64,000 nt of DNA from positions 186,001 through 250,000 of the forward strand of contig JASTWF010000067.1 in the NCBI GenBank assembly GCA_030390025.1, given 5' to 3'. The DNA comes from Squalus acanthias (Eukaryota). Numbering within the stretch: position 1 is the first letter of the stretch; each line of letters begins with the position of its first letter. The notes under the pieces are model-generated. The model was not told the DNA's origin, searched no databases, and saw only the letters and a program-made list of their open reading frames with translations. Position numbers and translations under genes: made by a program. Below are positions 24,501 to 39,500 of this stretch, piece by piece.

Positions 24501-27500
24501 AGTGGAGGGGTGAGGGGGGGGGGGGAATAACCGAACTGAGCCAGCAGAGATGCTCATGATCCCTTTCTGCTGGCTAGCTACAGAGCAGCAGAAGCTTGAC
24601 TGAAATGAGCAGCAGCCCAGGGAGACCACAAATGGAGAAATTGAAAGGAAAAGTACCTTTTAAAAAGCAAAACAGCATCTTGCAGTTCAGGAATACATAC
24701 AGGGTGCACCCCAGCAACTTGACAAGTTTACTTCACCAGCACGGCTTGGCCCCGCAGCGCCTCCCACCAAGGGGGACATGAGCAGCATCGCCGCGGGAAC
24801 ACCGCCTGAAAGCTCCCCTCCAAGTCGCACACCATCCTGACTTGGAATTACATCAGAAAATGAGAGGTGATCTCATTGAAACGTATAAAATTCTTAGGAG
24901 GGCTTGCCAGGGTAGATGCTGAGAGGTTATTTCCCCGGCTGGAGAGTCCAGAACTAGGGGGCATAGTCTCAGGATAAGGGGTCGGCCATTTAAGACTGAG
25001 ATGAGGAGAAATTTCTTCACTCAGAGGATTGTGACTCTTTGGAATTCTCTACCCCAGAGGGCTGTGGATGCTCAGTCGTTGAGTATATTCAAGACGGAGA
25101 TCGATAGATTTTTGGACACTAAGGGAATCAAGGGATACAGGAATCAGGCAGGAAAGTGGAGTTGAGGTAGAAGATCAGCCATGATTTTCTTGAATGGCGG
25201 AGCAGACTCGAGGGGCCGTATGGCCTATTCCTGCTCCTATTTCTTATGTTATGTTCAAACGCCACTGTTGGAGCACAGTCAGCACAAGGTCTGCAGAGGT
25301 TGAAGGAGAAGGGACGCCGAAGGATGGGCAATAAAGACAGCCTTGCATCACCCATGTCCCAAGAACAAATTTTTTTTTAAAATAACGTACAATTCCAAAG
25401 ATCGTTCCAATCTCCCCCAGCCCCCAGATTTTCCATCTTTTCTTGTATATGCCAACTTGTTTGGGTGGGGGGGGAAGGGGCACTGTCAGCCCTCTGAATA
25501 CCTCACCCCAAGTGGCTATTCTTCACGAGCAATCCGAGACGAGTGTTGCCAGGCCTTCTGACCACGGAAGCGCTGCAGCCGAGTCCGATCCTGTACTCAC
25601 GAAGCACCCGCGCGCGGTGCACCCTCCAGCAGGTGTCAACGACTAGCGATTAGGAGCTTGAGTGCTCCCCTCTCGCTGACCCAGGGACGCGGAGGACCGT
25701 AATGCGGCGACAACGCAGCTCAGAACAGCTAACGGTGCCCACACACACACACGTGGGGGCATTCTGGTCTACGTGGCTTTACACCACAATATATTACATC
25801 ACTGGGGAGTTGGAAACAATTGCAGATTGCGTATGTCCTGCCTGAAAAGGTAAAAGAATTCACTAATCCATATACCAACTGACCTATAAAAGAAACCCAC
25901 GTAAAGCTTATGGGACTCGAGTGGGTGAGAAGGTGACACAACTACATAGGGACACATTACCTGCTTCCTCCTAGTAAGCTCATCCTCATCCCTACGCTTG
26001 CGTTCTTCCTCTTGCCACCGGATTTCATCCTGCCGTTTTCTGTCATCCTCTTCCCTTTTGTTCCTGAGTTCTACGTCTCTTCGCTCCTGCTTTAGCTGAA
26101 CAAGCAACACTCCTGTTACCCAAGACAATTTGGGGAGCGGTTCATTTTGTTCATCAATACAATTCCCAGAGCCCGGGAGCGCCTCCATCCTGAAAGGATC
26201 ACAAAATGTGGCGGCAGAGACTATCTACACTGTACACTTCACCCACCCCACTCTCCTGCACCTCTTAGGCTGAATTTACACTGCACCTGCACAAGTATCT
26301 GCCTCCGCCTGCACTAAGAGTCTCAGAAATCTGGTGGCTCGATCTCTAAGGTCTCGCTCTGTTTTGCTCCGGAGTCGGACCCGGACTCCAGACTTACACT
26401 ACAACTTTTGTGCCCGTGAGAAGTTGAAACTACTGCATAGCTGCAAGATAGACACAGCCTCAATGACCAGCTACAGGTCACTGAAGGATGCCTGGGTTTG
26501 GGGGGGCGGGGGGGGGGGGGGGGGGGGGGGGGAGGTGGAGAAGAGGGCGAAAGCAGGTGGGGAAGAGAGGGAAGGTAAAGAGAGAAAAGGCTTTTATGTT
26601 GCCAGACAATCCAGTGTGATCAAAAACAAGCATGGCCAGACATGTTTCAGAAGGGGCAGTGTCCCTTTGAACGAGATGATTCCTTTGATGTTAGTTATTC
26701 CGCTCCCCCCCCCCCCCCCCCCCAGAATGAAGAGTCTAGTTGTGGGTGCACACAACACACATTTATCTTATACGTCAGTCTTGTTATTTTTCTATGAAAC
26801 CTTGTACAAACTTCATAATTTTACGAATAATCTTTTAACAAAGCAATTGCTCTGCAGAATGACATAGTAACAAGCTGCAGTTTAATTCAAAAGCCAGGTT
26901 AAGTACGTCGGAAGATATTTAATGCAGCAATCAGTTCCCTGGACAGCGCAATTTTAAAGTCAGCAGTGAATAGCCACAAACCAGAAGGCCCCACACGTTC
27001 AATTCCTCGTCTCCAATCTCAGCCGGTGTGGTCGGAGGGATGCCGCAGTTGGACGCAGCACTGTTAGGTTGAGGAGGCGGAAAAAATCCACCAGGGCTCC
27101 TGCACCTGATCACTACCCAACGAGCCTTGCTGGAAAGCGCATGTGTGGGGACATAAGAACATAAGAAATAGGAGCAGGAGTAGGCCAATCGGCCCTTCGA
27201 GCCTGCTCCGCCATTCAAGAAGATCATGGCTGATCTGATCCTCACCTCAAATCTAAAGAACACAAGTAGGAGCAGGACCCGGCCACTCAGCCCCTGGGCC
27301 CGCTACGCCACCCACAGGGCCTCGACCGATCCGAACTCAGCCTCATGTCCAATTTCCTGCCCGCTCCCCGTAACCCCTAATTCCCTTTACTTCTAGGAAA
27401 CTGTCTATTTCTGTTTTAAATTTATTTAATGATATAGCTTCCACAGCTTCCTGGGGCAGCAAATTCCACAGACCTACTACCCTCTGAGTGAAGAAGTTTC

Positions 27501-30500
27501 TCCTCATCTCAGTTTTGAAAGAGGTGCCCCTTATTCTAAGATTATGCCCCCTAGTTCTAGTTTCACCCATCCTTGGGAACATCCTTACCGCATCCACCCG
27601 ATCAAGCCCCTTCACAATCTTATATGTTTCAATAAGATCGCCTCACTCTTCTGAACTCCAATGAGTAGAGTCCCAATCTACTCAACCTCTCCTCATATGT
27701 CCACCCCCTCATCCCCGGGATTAACCGAGTGAACCTTCTTTGTACTGCCTCGAGAGCAAGTATGTCTTTTCTTAAGTATGGACACCAAAACTGTATGCAG
27801 TATTCCAGATGCGGTCTCACCAATACCTTCTATAACTGCAGCAATACCTCCCTGTTTTTATAATCTATCCCCCTAGCAATAAAAGCCAACATTCCGTTGG
27901 CCTTCTTGATCACCTGCTGCACCTGCATACTAACTTTTTGATTTTCTTGCACTAGGACCCCCAGATCTCTTTGTACTGCAGTACTTTCCAGTTTCTCGCC
28001 ATTAAGATAATAACTTGCTCTCTGATTTTTCCTGCCAAAGTGCATAACCTCACATTTTCCAATATTGTATTGCATCTGCCAAATCTCCACCCACTCACCC
28101 AGCCTGTCTATATCCCCTTGTAGGTTTTTTATGTCCTCCTCACTTTCTACTTTCCCTCCCATCTTTGTATCAACTGCAAACTTTGATATGTTACACTCGG
28201 TCCCCTCCTCCAAATCGTTAATATAGATTGTAAAGAGTTGGGGACCCAGCACCGACCCCTGCGGAACACCACTGGCTACTGGTTGCCAGTCCGAGAATGA
28301 ACCATTTATCCCAACTCTCTGCTTCCTGTTAGATAACCAATCCTCCACCCATGCCAGAATATTACCCCCAATCCAGTGATTTTTTATCTTGAGCAATAAT
28401 CTTTTATGTGGCACCTTGTCGAATGCCTTCTGGAAGTCTAAATACACTACGTCCACTGGTTCCCCTTTATCCACCCTGTACGTTATGTCCTCAAAGAACT
28501 CAAGCAAATTTGTCAGACATGACTTCCCCTTCATAAAGCCATGCTGACTTTGTCCTATTAAATTATGTTTATCTAAATGTTCCGTTACTGTCTCCTTAAT
28601 AATAGACTCCAAAATTTTACCCACCACAGATGTTAGGCTAACTGGTCTATAATTTCCAGCCTTCTGCCTACTACCTTTTTTAAATAAGGGTGTTACATTA
28701 GCAGTTTTCCAATCTGCCGGGACCTTTGCTGAGTCCAGGGAATTTTGGAAAATTACCAAAGCATCCACAATCCCTACTGCCACTTCCCTCAAGACCCTAG
28801 GATGTAAGCCATCAGGTCCAGGGGATTTATCTGCCTTGAGTCCCATTATTTTACTGAGTACCAATTCCTTAGTGATTTTAATCGTATTTAGACATGATCC
28901 AGCACGGCTGTGATGCTTCCCATGGTGATGAATATCCTGCCAACACCAACGGTCTGGGGTCATGCACGAGGAATGGACATAAATAAGGTACCAAAAGATG
29001 CTGGCGTCCCTGGAAACACATCACCGCAAGAGTCTGCATACAGGATGGGGGGATGGGAAGAGGAAGAGTCCTCTTAATGATGGAGGATAATAGTGGTTCC
29101 ACTATACTTGCAAAAAAGACTTGCATTTCTACAGCGCCTTTCATGACCACCGGACGCCCCAAAGCGCTTCATAGCCAATGAAGTACTTTTTGGAGCGTAG
29201 TCACTGTTGTAATGTAGGAAATGCGGCAGCCAATTTGCGCACAGCAAGCTCCCACAAACAGCAATGTGATAATGACCAGATCATCTGTTTTAGTGATACT
29301 GATTGAGGGATAAATATTGGCCCCAGGACAGAGATGGGAACTGGCCTGCTCAGCTTCGAAATAGTGTCCTGGGAACTTTATCCGTCCACCCGAGAGCGCA
29401 GATGGGGGCCTCGGTTTAACGTCTCCGACAGTGCAGCGCTCCCTCAGCGCTGCACTGAAGTGTCAACCTTCTGACTCCGAGGCGAGAGTGCGACCCGCTG
29501 AGCCACGGCGGACACTTTGAATCATTGTGTGGCAGAAGTCTTACCCAGGCACTTTGTCTCCTTTACAGTATCTCCCATGAACCTATTGCCAGGCCGGCTA
29601 GTTATGGAAGATGGGGACATAATTTTCCAGGGAAGTGAATCAATGGAATGCTTCAAATCTAATATCGGGTTTCAGACGACCAATACGAAGTGCTCGCGTC
29701 TCTTGCAGCTTAGTGTCCCCGAACCAATTATATTAGCGCCTTTTAATAGATTTCAGCCACGTAATATTCTGTGCCGCAATGATTTCTAAGCTTATTCGGT
29801 GTGGGGGGGCCCCTGCAAATACTGACACACGTGCACCAAGTAAATACCGACACACTCACTGGGATCCCGTGTAAAAACTTCCGAAAGACAGTGACAGCTA
29901 CCCAAAGACGAAGAGTTTGACAGCAGAAAATATTTACTGTAATCGCAACAGAAATAATGTGCTAGTAAGTCAACAAATGTTACCACAGGGATGAGGGACT
30001 TCAGTTGTGAGGAGAAGTTGGAAAAGTTCGGACTGTTCTCCTTGGAACACAGAAGGTGAAGAGGTGACCTAATAGAGGTTTTGAAGATGATGAGAGCTTT
30101 GGATAGAGTAGATGGAGAAAAACTACTCCCTCTGGCGAGTGGGTCAATAACCAGAGGTCACAGATTTAGAATCATTGGAAAAAGATCTAGAGGGAAGATG
30201 AGGAGAAATGTTTTCACTAGAGTTGTCAGGATTTGGAACGCTCGACCTGAAGAGGTGGTGGAAGCTGATCCCATCGATAATTTTAAAGGGGAGTTGGATG
30301 GGTACTTAAGGATCAGGAACTTACAGGGTTACGGACAAAAAGCGGGGATGTGGGTCTCGGCATCACTGCTCTTTCAAAGAGCCAGCACGGGCACGATGGG
30401 CCGAATGGCCCCCTTCTGCGCTGTAAGTTTCTATGATGCTGCGAAATACAGAATTTGATAACCTCGCTGTCCCCTGGGGAAATTACTCGGACCCTCACAG

Positions 30501-33500
30501 TCCAGGACCCCGTTTTGAAAACCTACACGACACTCGTACAATTACACTCCAGTACTGCTGTGAAACATCCCCACCAAATTAAAACAGGGCGAATCCATTC
30601 TGTGGAATGGTCAATAAAACAACACAATGGTCTTACTTTTGTAGCTTTCTCTCGTTCTAGTTTTTGAATTTGTTCCAGTAGTGGACCCTGAGATGCTGAA
30701 TCCCACAAACTACCCGCTTCGCATCCTAGAATAGAAAGTGCACATTTAAAAAAAAAAACCCACACAGAATCTCTAAAACAAGCAATTTCTAAATTACCAC
30801 TATTTCACACACAAGTTAATCAAAAACAGGTTTTAGGCTGACGGCACCCCCATCTGACTTGGATAGATGACCCGTACAGTGGGCAAGAGTTTATCCTGTC
30901 CCATCGCTGGCGTGCACCATCTTGAAACAGCCACACTCGCGTGAACACAGTGGAATGGATTCCTTCCTCTTCGCCGTTTAAAAATGTAGCAAAAAGCTTG
31001 ATGTCGGCCATGTGGCAGTAGCGGTCAACTGCTCTACAAACAGCAGCGACCTCTTGTGGGAAACACTTGTAATGCAATGCTCTTTTTCATTAAAAAGCTT
31101 AGAATTTACAATCTAAAAATCTACAAAAAAAGGGCAAAAGTACTCTCGATCACGGGCCCTTCCCCATCCTGCCTGCCCGCAATGACTGTACCCCAGCAAG
31201 AGTCTGTGCCTACAGGAAAGCTTAGGAGAACATTTGGGGAGGGAGAGGGTGAACGCATTTTACAAAGCACCACTGCAAAATGTTGGGCATCTCCCATAAT
31301 GGACTTCGACATGCCCATATTTATCCAATTATTAGCACATGTAATACCCGTACCGACACTCATCCAACATGCCAGTCCATCGCGTCATTTCTTAAGTCGC
31401 TGCACTTCTGTCTAGATAGCGGCAATCTGAAGCAATTGCTGCTCGAAACTACTTGAAGCACTAGTCATCGCCAGAGTGGGTCCTCACCTGAGGGCTGTGA
31501 AGCGGAGGTCGGAAGGTCCCAGAGGGACCCCGTTTCGGGCACTGACATAGACCTGTTGATAGGAGGAATCAGATTTTGCTCTGCACACCTGGGGGGACAA
31601 AAGTGGGGGAGATCTTCAGTGCTTCCTGATTTTGTTTTTCTCGGGGGGGGGGGGGGGGGGGGGGGAAAGAGGACGAGGAGGGGGATGGCGGTCACTATAT
31701 AAATATAACAAGCAGCAACGAAAAAGAAAAAATGTCTATTCTAAACAATGCTGAAGGAGAGACCGAATGGCAATACTAAATGATCAGGGCCACTGCTTTA
31801 AGATGGCCGAAGGAGTAAAATTTTGTTTTTATGACATTATTTTTGCATTCCACAATTCCGTCCATTTCCATCAGTGATCGTCCAAATCAACGACCAGGCA
31901 ACCTGCTTGAGACACCAAAGGGCAGGCACAGCAGCCGCCCAAAACCTCAGTCCTTCAAATGCAAGTGTCCCATTAATCACACTCTACTGGACCCCTGCAC
32001 GTCCAGTACTTTCAATTGGTTGGAATTGTGTTAACATTATTGATAATGACTTCAAAATCTGCTTTAAATCACTGCGAACGTAAAAGGAACGTTCACTCTT
32101 GGCTCTGGTAAAACGTTAACAAAACTGAAGATGGCTTTTTGCGCCATAGAAAGCAGCCAACAGCTCTGCTATCTTCCGTTCCCCCTTCGCAATATAAAAC
32201 GGCCCATTCTCTCCCCTTTGTCAGGGGATACTTGTGAACTACCAGCTGTGCCAGCTCCTCTTCTGTTGGGGAAAGGTGCCGGGAGGTCGGTATCAATGCC
32301 CCGCCCCCCTCCCAAGCTGCACGGCCGCCGACAGCGAACGGGAGATCCCGCACAGGCCGCTCACCAGCTGTTCAGCTAGAAAAGATACCGCGCATGCGTG
32401 GCTGCAAATTTAAAGGGACCGCGCACCGAATATAAAAATTAGAGGGAACATTGGTTGGGATAGTGCCACGCCAAAGCAGCAATTAAAGGGGCGCTCCTCC
32501 CTTGGTATAACTTAAAGAATCTTCTCCCGTTACACACCCCCCCCCCCCCCCCAACCTTTCATTTACCGGGTTTGAAGTACCTTAAAAATTGACCCATGAA
32601 AATTCTGTGCATTATATATACCCAAACGCACCTCATATTCATGGAGTAAAGATACAGGAAATGCACAACATTGGGATCTAAAGAAACGTCGGGAGTCCCA
32701 CTGGAGACCTCGCATTTACCAGCTGTGCATTCCCAGCACCTTCTGTTTTATTTCATATTTTTGGTGTCTGCTACTTTTTCTTTTTATCCCCGTACATCAG
32801 GAGGTGCCTTTCTCCAGTTGTGCTGGAGGGAATGTGATTTGAACACAGTGGCTTCACAGGGGACTGCCGATGGTGCCAGCAGGTGGTGTCAGTGCTGACC
32901 CTAGCCTGGCTGCCAGCAGAAGCGCTGGTAGCCCAGTGACCACCCTCCTACTCAGTTTCCTTCAAATGCATTGATGCAACGAACATAGGGACATCGGAAC
33001 AGGAGGAGGCCAGTCAGCCCCTCGAGCTTGTTCCGTCATTCAATGAGATCATGGCTGATCTGCGACCTAACTCCCTATACCCGCCTTTGCCCCATATCCC
33101 TGAATACCTTTGGTTATCAAAAAACTTATCAATCTCAGATTTAAAATTAACCTAACATCAATTGCCGTTTGCGGAAGAGAGTTCCAAATTTCTACCTTTG
33201 TGTGTAGAAGTGTTTTCCTAGCTTCACTTCTGAAAGGCCTGGCTCGAATTTTTAGTTAATGTCCAATATTCCCGGTTTGGAGGTCCCGCGCAGCCGGCTC
33301 ACTGGCTTTTAAATGGAAAAACCACGCATGCGCAGAAATTTGAATGGGCCGCACATCCCGTTAAAGGGGCCTCACACCCAAAAAAAGAATTAGAAAAAAC
33401 ATTGGCTATGTCACCTAGTCCTAGACCCCCCCAACCAGCAGAAATAATTTCTCTCTATCTACCTTATCAGTTCCCCATAATATCTTGAAAACTTCGATCA

Positions 33501-36500
33501 ATTCACCCCTTAACCTTCTGAATTCCAGGGAGTACAGCCCTAGTTAAAAATCTCAAGCAGCCACTAAGCACATAACAGCCTCCTGCAGCAATTCTTATAT
33601 TAGCCTTATATCAGTTCCACCTCTCCCAAAAATTCCCACGGTAATGCAAAAATATAATCTTGCATTAGAATAGTATGTGCAGATTCCATCACGTCCGGGT
33701 TTTCACACGGGAGAGCGGGAGGTGAAATGTTCACTTGTTCCGTTTCCCCTTTGCTGGAGAGAGTGATCTCTAACCCCCTGATCTGCCCCAGTGCGACAGA
33801 CCGCGACGTGGTCCCACAATTGCCCCTGCCTGGCAAGTTCTCATTGGGAAGATCAGGCAGCAAGGTGAAATTGGGGCTCCGTGGGTGTCCTCCAGCAGTG
33901 GACTGGCTCACAATGGTCTACTGATATGAGGGAAAGGAGACGAATCCTTAAAGTCAATGCTGGGAAGGTACTTCTGGCCTGTTACGGACTAGGTGCCAAA
34001 TCAAGCATTTGCGTCGATGGATTAAGAGCATCACACAAGCAGCAGTTTAAAGAACATCGGCGAATCCCTGCTATAGCATATTGGTTTCGCTGCAGTTAAT
34101 AACACTAAATGTACCACCTTTTATTTAATCCTTTCTTTGTTTAACTATAAAGAAAACAGCTCTACTGCATTTATTTCTCAGCGTTGTACATGCAAGGGAG
34201 TAAAATTCATTACCTTGATTTGAGGGCCTGGATCTGCTGCAGGAACAGCACAAGTTGCTGCTGTTGCTGGGGTGTCATGTTCGACTTCTGCTGCAGTGCA
34301 CACTGCACAAGCTGTTGCCGGCTACAAAAACAAGGAGAGCCGTTATAACTGCGTCTTCGACTATTAAATGTTCGTTTTTGTACTCGAGAGGAGGGATGGC
34401 TGTTCCACTGCCCAGAACCCTTTCCCACTCTTGGGGCACTCAGCGCCATTACAAGACCAGGCGTAGCACAGTTAGATAAAGCTCCCTCTACTCTGCCCAC
34501 ATTGCACCATCAGCCCCAACCTCAAAAGAGCACCCCCTCCTAATGCACCAGCGTGACCATTTCTCATCCCCAGCCATCATGTGCCATGGCCTCTGATTGG
34601 GATTACCAGGCAGTGCTGAATTAGAGGAAGCTTCGTGCTGTGAGCCTGTAACCCACCAGGAAGCAGACGGGCTCTGCCTAAGGCAAGTTCAACTTAAAAC
34701 TGCACAACTCCCTGCCCTCAAGTATATCATTCAATGACAGGTCCCCATTAAAAAAAAGACTTGTATTTCTATAGCGCCTTTCACAACCTCAGGACGTCCC
34801 AAAGCGCTTCATAGCCAATGAAGTGCTTTTGAAGTGTAGTCACTGTTGTAATGTTGGAAACGCAGCAGCCAATTTGCACAAAGCAAGCTCCCACAAACAG
34901 CAATGCGATTATAACCAGATAATCTGTTTAGTGATGTTGAATGAGGGATAAATACTGGCCAGAACACCTGGGAGAACTCCCCTGCTCTTCTTCGAAATAG
35001 TGCCATGGGATCTTTTACGTCCACCTGAGGGGGCAGACTCAGTTTAACATCTCATCTGAAAGATGGCACCTCCGACAGTGCAGCACTCCCTCAGTACTGC
35101 ACTGGAGTGTCAGCCTAGACTTTTGTGCGCCAGTCAAACACCCAAGGCAAGGAGAAAAGTAACTAGTCATATGCATCACCCAGTAAAAGCCGGTGAAAAT
35201 AAGTCAGAACGGAAAATGCTGGGAATGTGCGGCACCGCCTGGCGATAGAGCTACAATGACCCATCTTTTCGCTTTACAGATGCTGGCGGACCAGTCAACC
35301 ATTTCTAATTTTATCTCAGACTAATGGATCGTCCGTGACAGTTCTCACAGGAGGAGCACTATACCGTGTAATGCACAATTACTCTATTCAACTTGGGAAC
35401 CTGGGTTCAGATTCAGGCCATCCTGCTGAGATTAAAGTTCTCTCTTTCCCAACAATATATGGTCCAGAGTGAACCCAGATCCTAGTGACGGTGGGCCCAC
35501 AGCACGCGCACACACACACCTCTGCCCACCTATTTTGGATACAGTTAGCAATCTCGGAGACCACAAAAATGAACTAGTGGGGGAAATCAGTCGGGGGGTG
35601 CCTTTCTCAAGCTGGGAGTCGAGATGCATCATTGGGAGGTACCGCAGACTGAACTTTACTCCAATTAGCCCATGATGCAGCTTATCTGAGGGTGGTTAAT
35701 GCCAACAATGTGTGCAAAAAGATGTTCCATTTCCCAACATCAACACCATTCATCTTGACCAGCACAAAGGAGTCATAAAAGAAAAAAGGTTGGATTGAAG
35801 ACTGCAGAGAAATCAGCTCAACTCATTACTGTTATGTATTCAGATACTTTATAAAACACAAGTTCTGCCCCAGCAGGAGCACTGTGTCCAATTCTGGGCA
35901 CCACACTTTGGGAAGGACGTGAAGGCTTTGGAAAGGGTGCAGAAGAGATTTACTAGAATGGTTCCAGGGATGAGGGATGACAGTTACGTGGATAGACTGG
36001 AAAAGCTGGGGTTGTTCTCCTTAGAGCAGAGAAGGCAAGTGGAAATTTGATAGAGGTATTTAAAATCATGAAGGAGTTTGATAGAGTAAATAAAGAGAAA
36101 CTGTTTCCAATGGCTGAAGGGTCGCTAATGAGACAGCACAGATTTAAGGTGATTGGCCAAAAAACCAGAGGCGACATGAGGAAAAAAAATATACGTAACA
36201 AGGGGTTAGGATTTGGAATGCGCTGCCTGATAGGGTGGTGGATACAGATTCAGTAATAGCCTTCAAAAGGAAATTTGATAAATACTTGGAGAAAAAATTG
36301 CAGGGATATGGGCAAAGAACGGGAAGAGTGGGACTAACTGGATTGCTCTTCGAAAGAGCCAGCGCAGACTCGATGGGCCAAGTGGCCTCCTTCTGTGCTG
36401 TACTATTCGATGATTCTATGTAGCGACAGCTATCGGGAGGTTCAACTTGGACCAGGAGTCAATCCATTGTGCCCTAGCAGTGGGGCACCACCCGGGAGAG

Positions 36501-39500
36501 CAGGCAGTAAGCCATGGGGACCAAACTGTAGTGCCTGAAATGGCGCCCTGGCCGAGTCCAGCTCGGTACAGATCATGAAACAACCTAGCACTGTCTGGCA
36601 TGCAAGGCTCAGGGATCACTCCATGCAGTGCGTACCTCAATTAGGTGTCCGGAATTTGAAGAAATATTTTTATGCAATGGTTTGACAATGATGTTGCCAG
36701 GACTGGAGAAATTTAGCTATGAGGAAAGATTGGATAGGCTGGGGGTTTTTTCTTTGGAACAGAGGAGGCTGACTTAATTGAGGTGTATAAAATTATGAGG
36801 GGCCTAGATAGAGTGGATTGAAGGACCTATTTCCCTTGGCAGAAAAGGTCAATAGCCAGAGGGCATAGATTTAAAGTAGTTGGTTAGGATTAGAGGGGAG
36901 ATGAGGGGAAAAAAATTTCACCCAGAGGGTGGTGGGGGTCTGGAACTCACTGCCTGGAAGGGTGGTAGAGGCAGAAACCCTCATCGCATTTAAAAAGTAC
37001 TTGGATATGCGCTTGAAGTGCCGTAACCTACAGGGCTACGGACCAAGAGCTGGAACGTGGGATTAGCTGGACAGTTCTTCTTTGTCTGGCACAGATGGGC
37101 TGAGTGGCCTCCTTCTGTGCCGTAAATTTCTATGATTCTGTCACTTGCATGATGTGGAGGGAGGGGGGGGGGGGGAAGGGTAATAAAAGAAACACTGCCG
37201 GTCTGGGTGTGCCTGGCAGCCTGTCGAGCTCAGGTTGGGTTTTTTTTCGTTCTTTTTACCTGTTTATGAGTTGCACAAACTGCTGGTACTGAAGCTGATG
37301 ATACAGGGCAGCTGCCAACTCCCGCTGCTTTTTCAGTCTCCCCTGGTCCATGTCGCCCTACCAAGACCAAACAAACTCCATTTGAAAAAAAAACAAAACC
37401 AGAGTTCTTCGACTTTCGAATAAACATGTGCTCTGTAAAAAACCAATTCTGCAAATAGACTTCTTGGTCACCTTTACATTTAGGATTTAACCACAGGCAA
37501 ATATTTCTACTGGTTAATCTTGTGAGACACCTGTGAAATGCAGATAAGGAGAAAAATAAAATGAAAAAAATGGCAGACTATTAAATACTGACATTTATTA
37601 AAAAATTAAAATAAAAAGTTATTTTTAACTATCAGTAGTTCACCCACTTATTGGCCAACTGGGGGGGGGGGGGTGGTGGATGGAGGTGGGAAGTCACTGT
37701 TAGCCCGCTCTGTGAAGTCTAGTGTGTGTGTGTGCACACGCGTGTGTGTGCGCGCGTGTTGGAGGACTGGATTTCTGTTGGCTCCAAGCTGGAGTGTTGC
37801 CCAGGCATATCCCACAGCAACATGCACTTCACCCAGTCACCAGACACCAGCAATATGGAGTCGCTTCGATTTGCACGCCATCCCTTGACACGGAAATAGC
37901 ACGGTGCAGAATTTATTTTTGGGGAAAAAAACAAGATACATCTACGATTTTAGTCAGAGTCTCGGGGTAACACTGCCTGCCACATACTGACGTCTAATTT
38001 TTTTTTTTTTTTTTTACAGCCAACGTGCGCCTCCTACCTGCTGACACAAAGTAGCATTTTCAGCAGGGCTGTGAGGAGACCACAATTCCACTTGTCCGTT
38101 CTCTTGGTTGCTTGGTTGGTGGTTTACAGAATAAGGGACAAGCTGTCAAGAAAGGGAGGACAAGGACCCCAAAAAAAAATTTATTCTTAATTTAAACTCC
38201 TAGTGGAAAGAATGCAATGGTCAAGTGGCAACCTAAAATGACAATCGACTACCAAAAAGAAGCAATGGCAAGTGGTTAAAATGACAATTATGACGGTGCA
38301 GGATTCGGATCTGGATAAGGGGGGGGCCGCCATTCCTCCGCAGGAGGCGATAACCATTGGCCACACACTTTGGCAAGGGGAGGAGAAAGAAAAATAAAAT
38401 GAGAGGACAGCTCATTGCAGACTTGCCACCTCCTCCTCAAGAGCACCACTGCAGGGGACCAGGAACAATGCCCTGCCTGAGCTTGGTGGGGGCAGGGGCC
38501 AGGGTGCCCGATTCTGAAGAATACAGGAGATGGGGAGACGGGCAGAACGCAAGAAAGGAATTAAAAAACATCAACCTACTCAAAAGATTTTTCTGGACAC
38601 GTTACTTAATGATTTTGAAAACTCTACTTTCCAATCCAGTCTGCTTTGTCAACAAGCCTGGTTCTGAAATCGGAGACCCGCCCTATACGCGAGGCCAGCG
38701 AGACAAACCAATTCGATTTAGTGGTTCGCCACAACTTCAGTACTTAAGTGCAAGCTGTGTCCAAATTAATCCCCCAATCTAAACCAAGGAACAGCTCCAC
38801 AAATGAATGGTATTTCAGTAGTTTAAAAAGGAAAGGAATAAGCAGAGGAGCCGTTATTACGCCTTCACTTAAATGGAGTCGGTGGAATACACTGACACAA
38901 GAACGACCCCCACCGCCCCCAACTATGAGCCACAATCAAATTTGCGGCTGTTTCTCCACAGAATCCCTTCTCCCACTCAAGGGGCATAGCAGATTGCCGG
39001 CGCACTGTTGGGCAGGTCGAGCTTCCTTTGCCACTCCCCCCGTTAGAAAACAAACAATCCACTTGATAAGAGGGGAAAATTAACACACAGGCTTGTGTTT
39101 CGGCACCTCGCGCTGGTACCAGTCAAACGAGAAACCATTTCACTCCATGCGTACGGTTCCGTATTTAAAAGGAAACTTTCAAAGCAGCATGGCTTGTAGG
39201 TGGCACCATGACCTCGGACCATGGTGCGCAACACTAGGGAGTCAGGTCGTAGGTTCAAGTCCGCGCTCCACCCTTTTCTCGATGACAGCCACTGAGGCGA
39301 CTGCAGCATCACCTGGGAACTGGATAGAGCTACTGGCAGACCACCAGCACACATGCCCTGATCACCCGAGGGTCTGTAAGCTGGCTGCGCATCCCTGCGG
39401 TACCAGAGGCTGAGGAGCACGATTAGGGATTTCGACAAGGCCCCACACCCACCCCCTTCCCCCCCCAAATCAGCATAACAGCACCCACTGGGAGCTGCAT

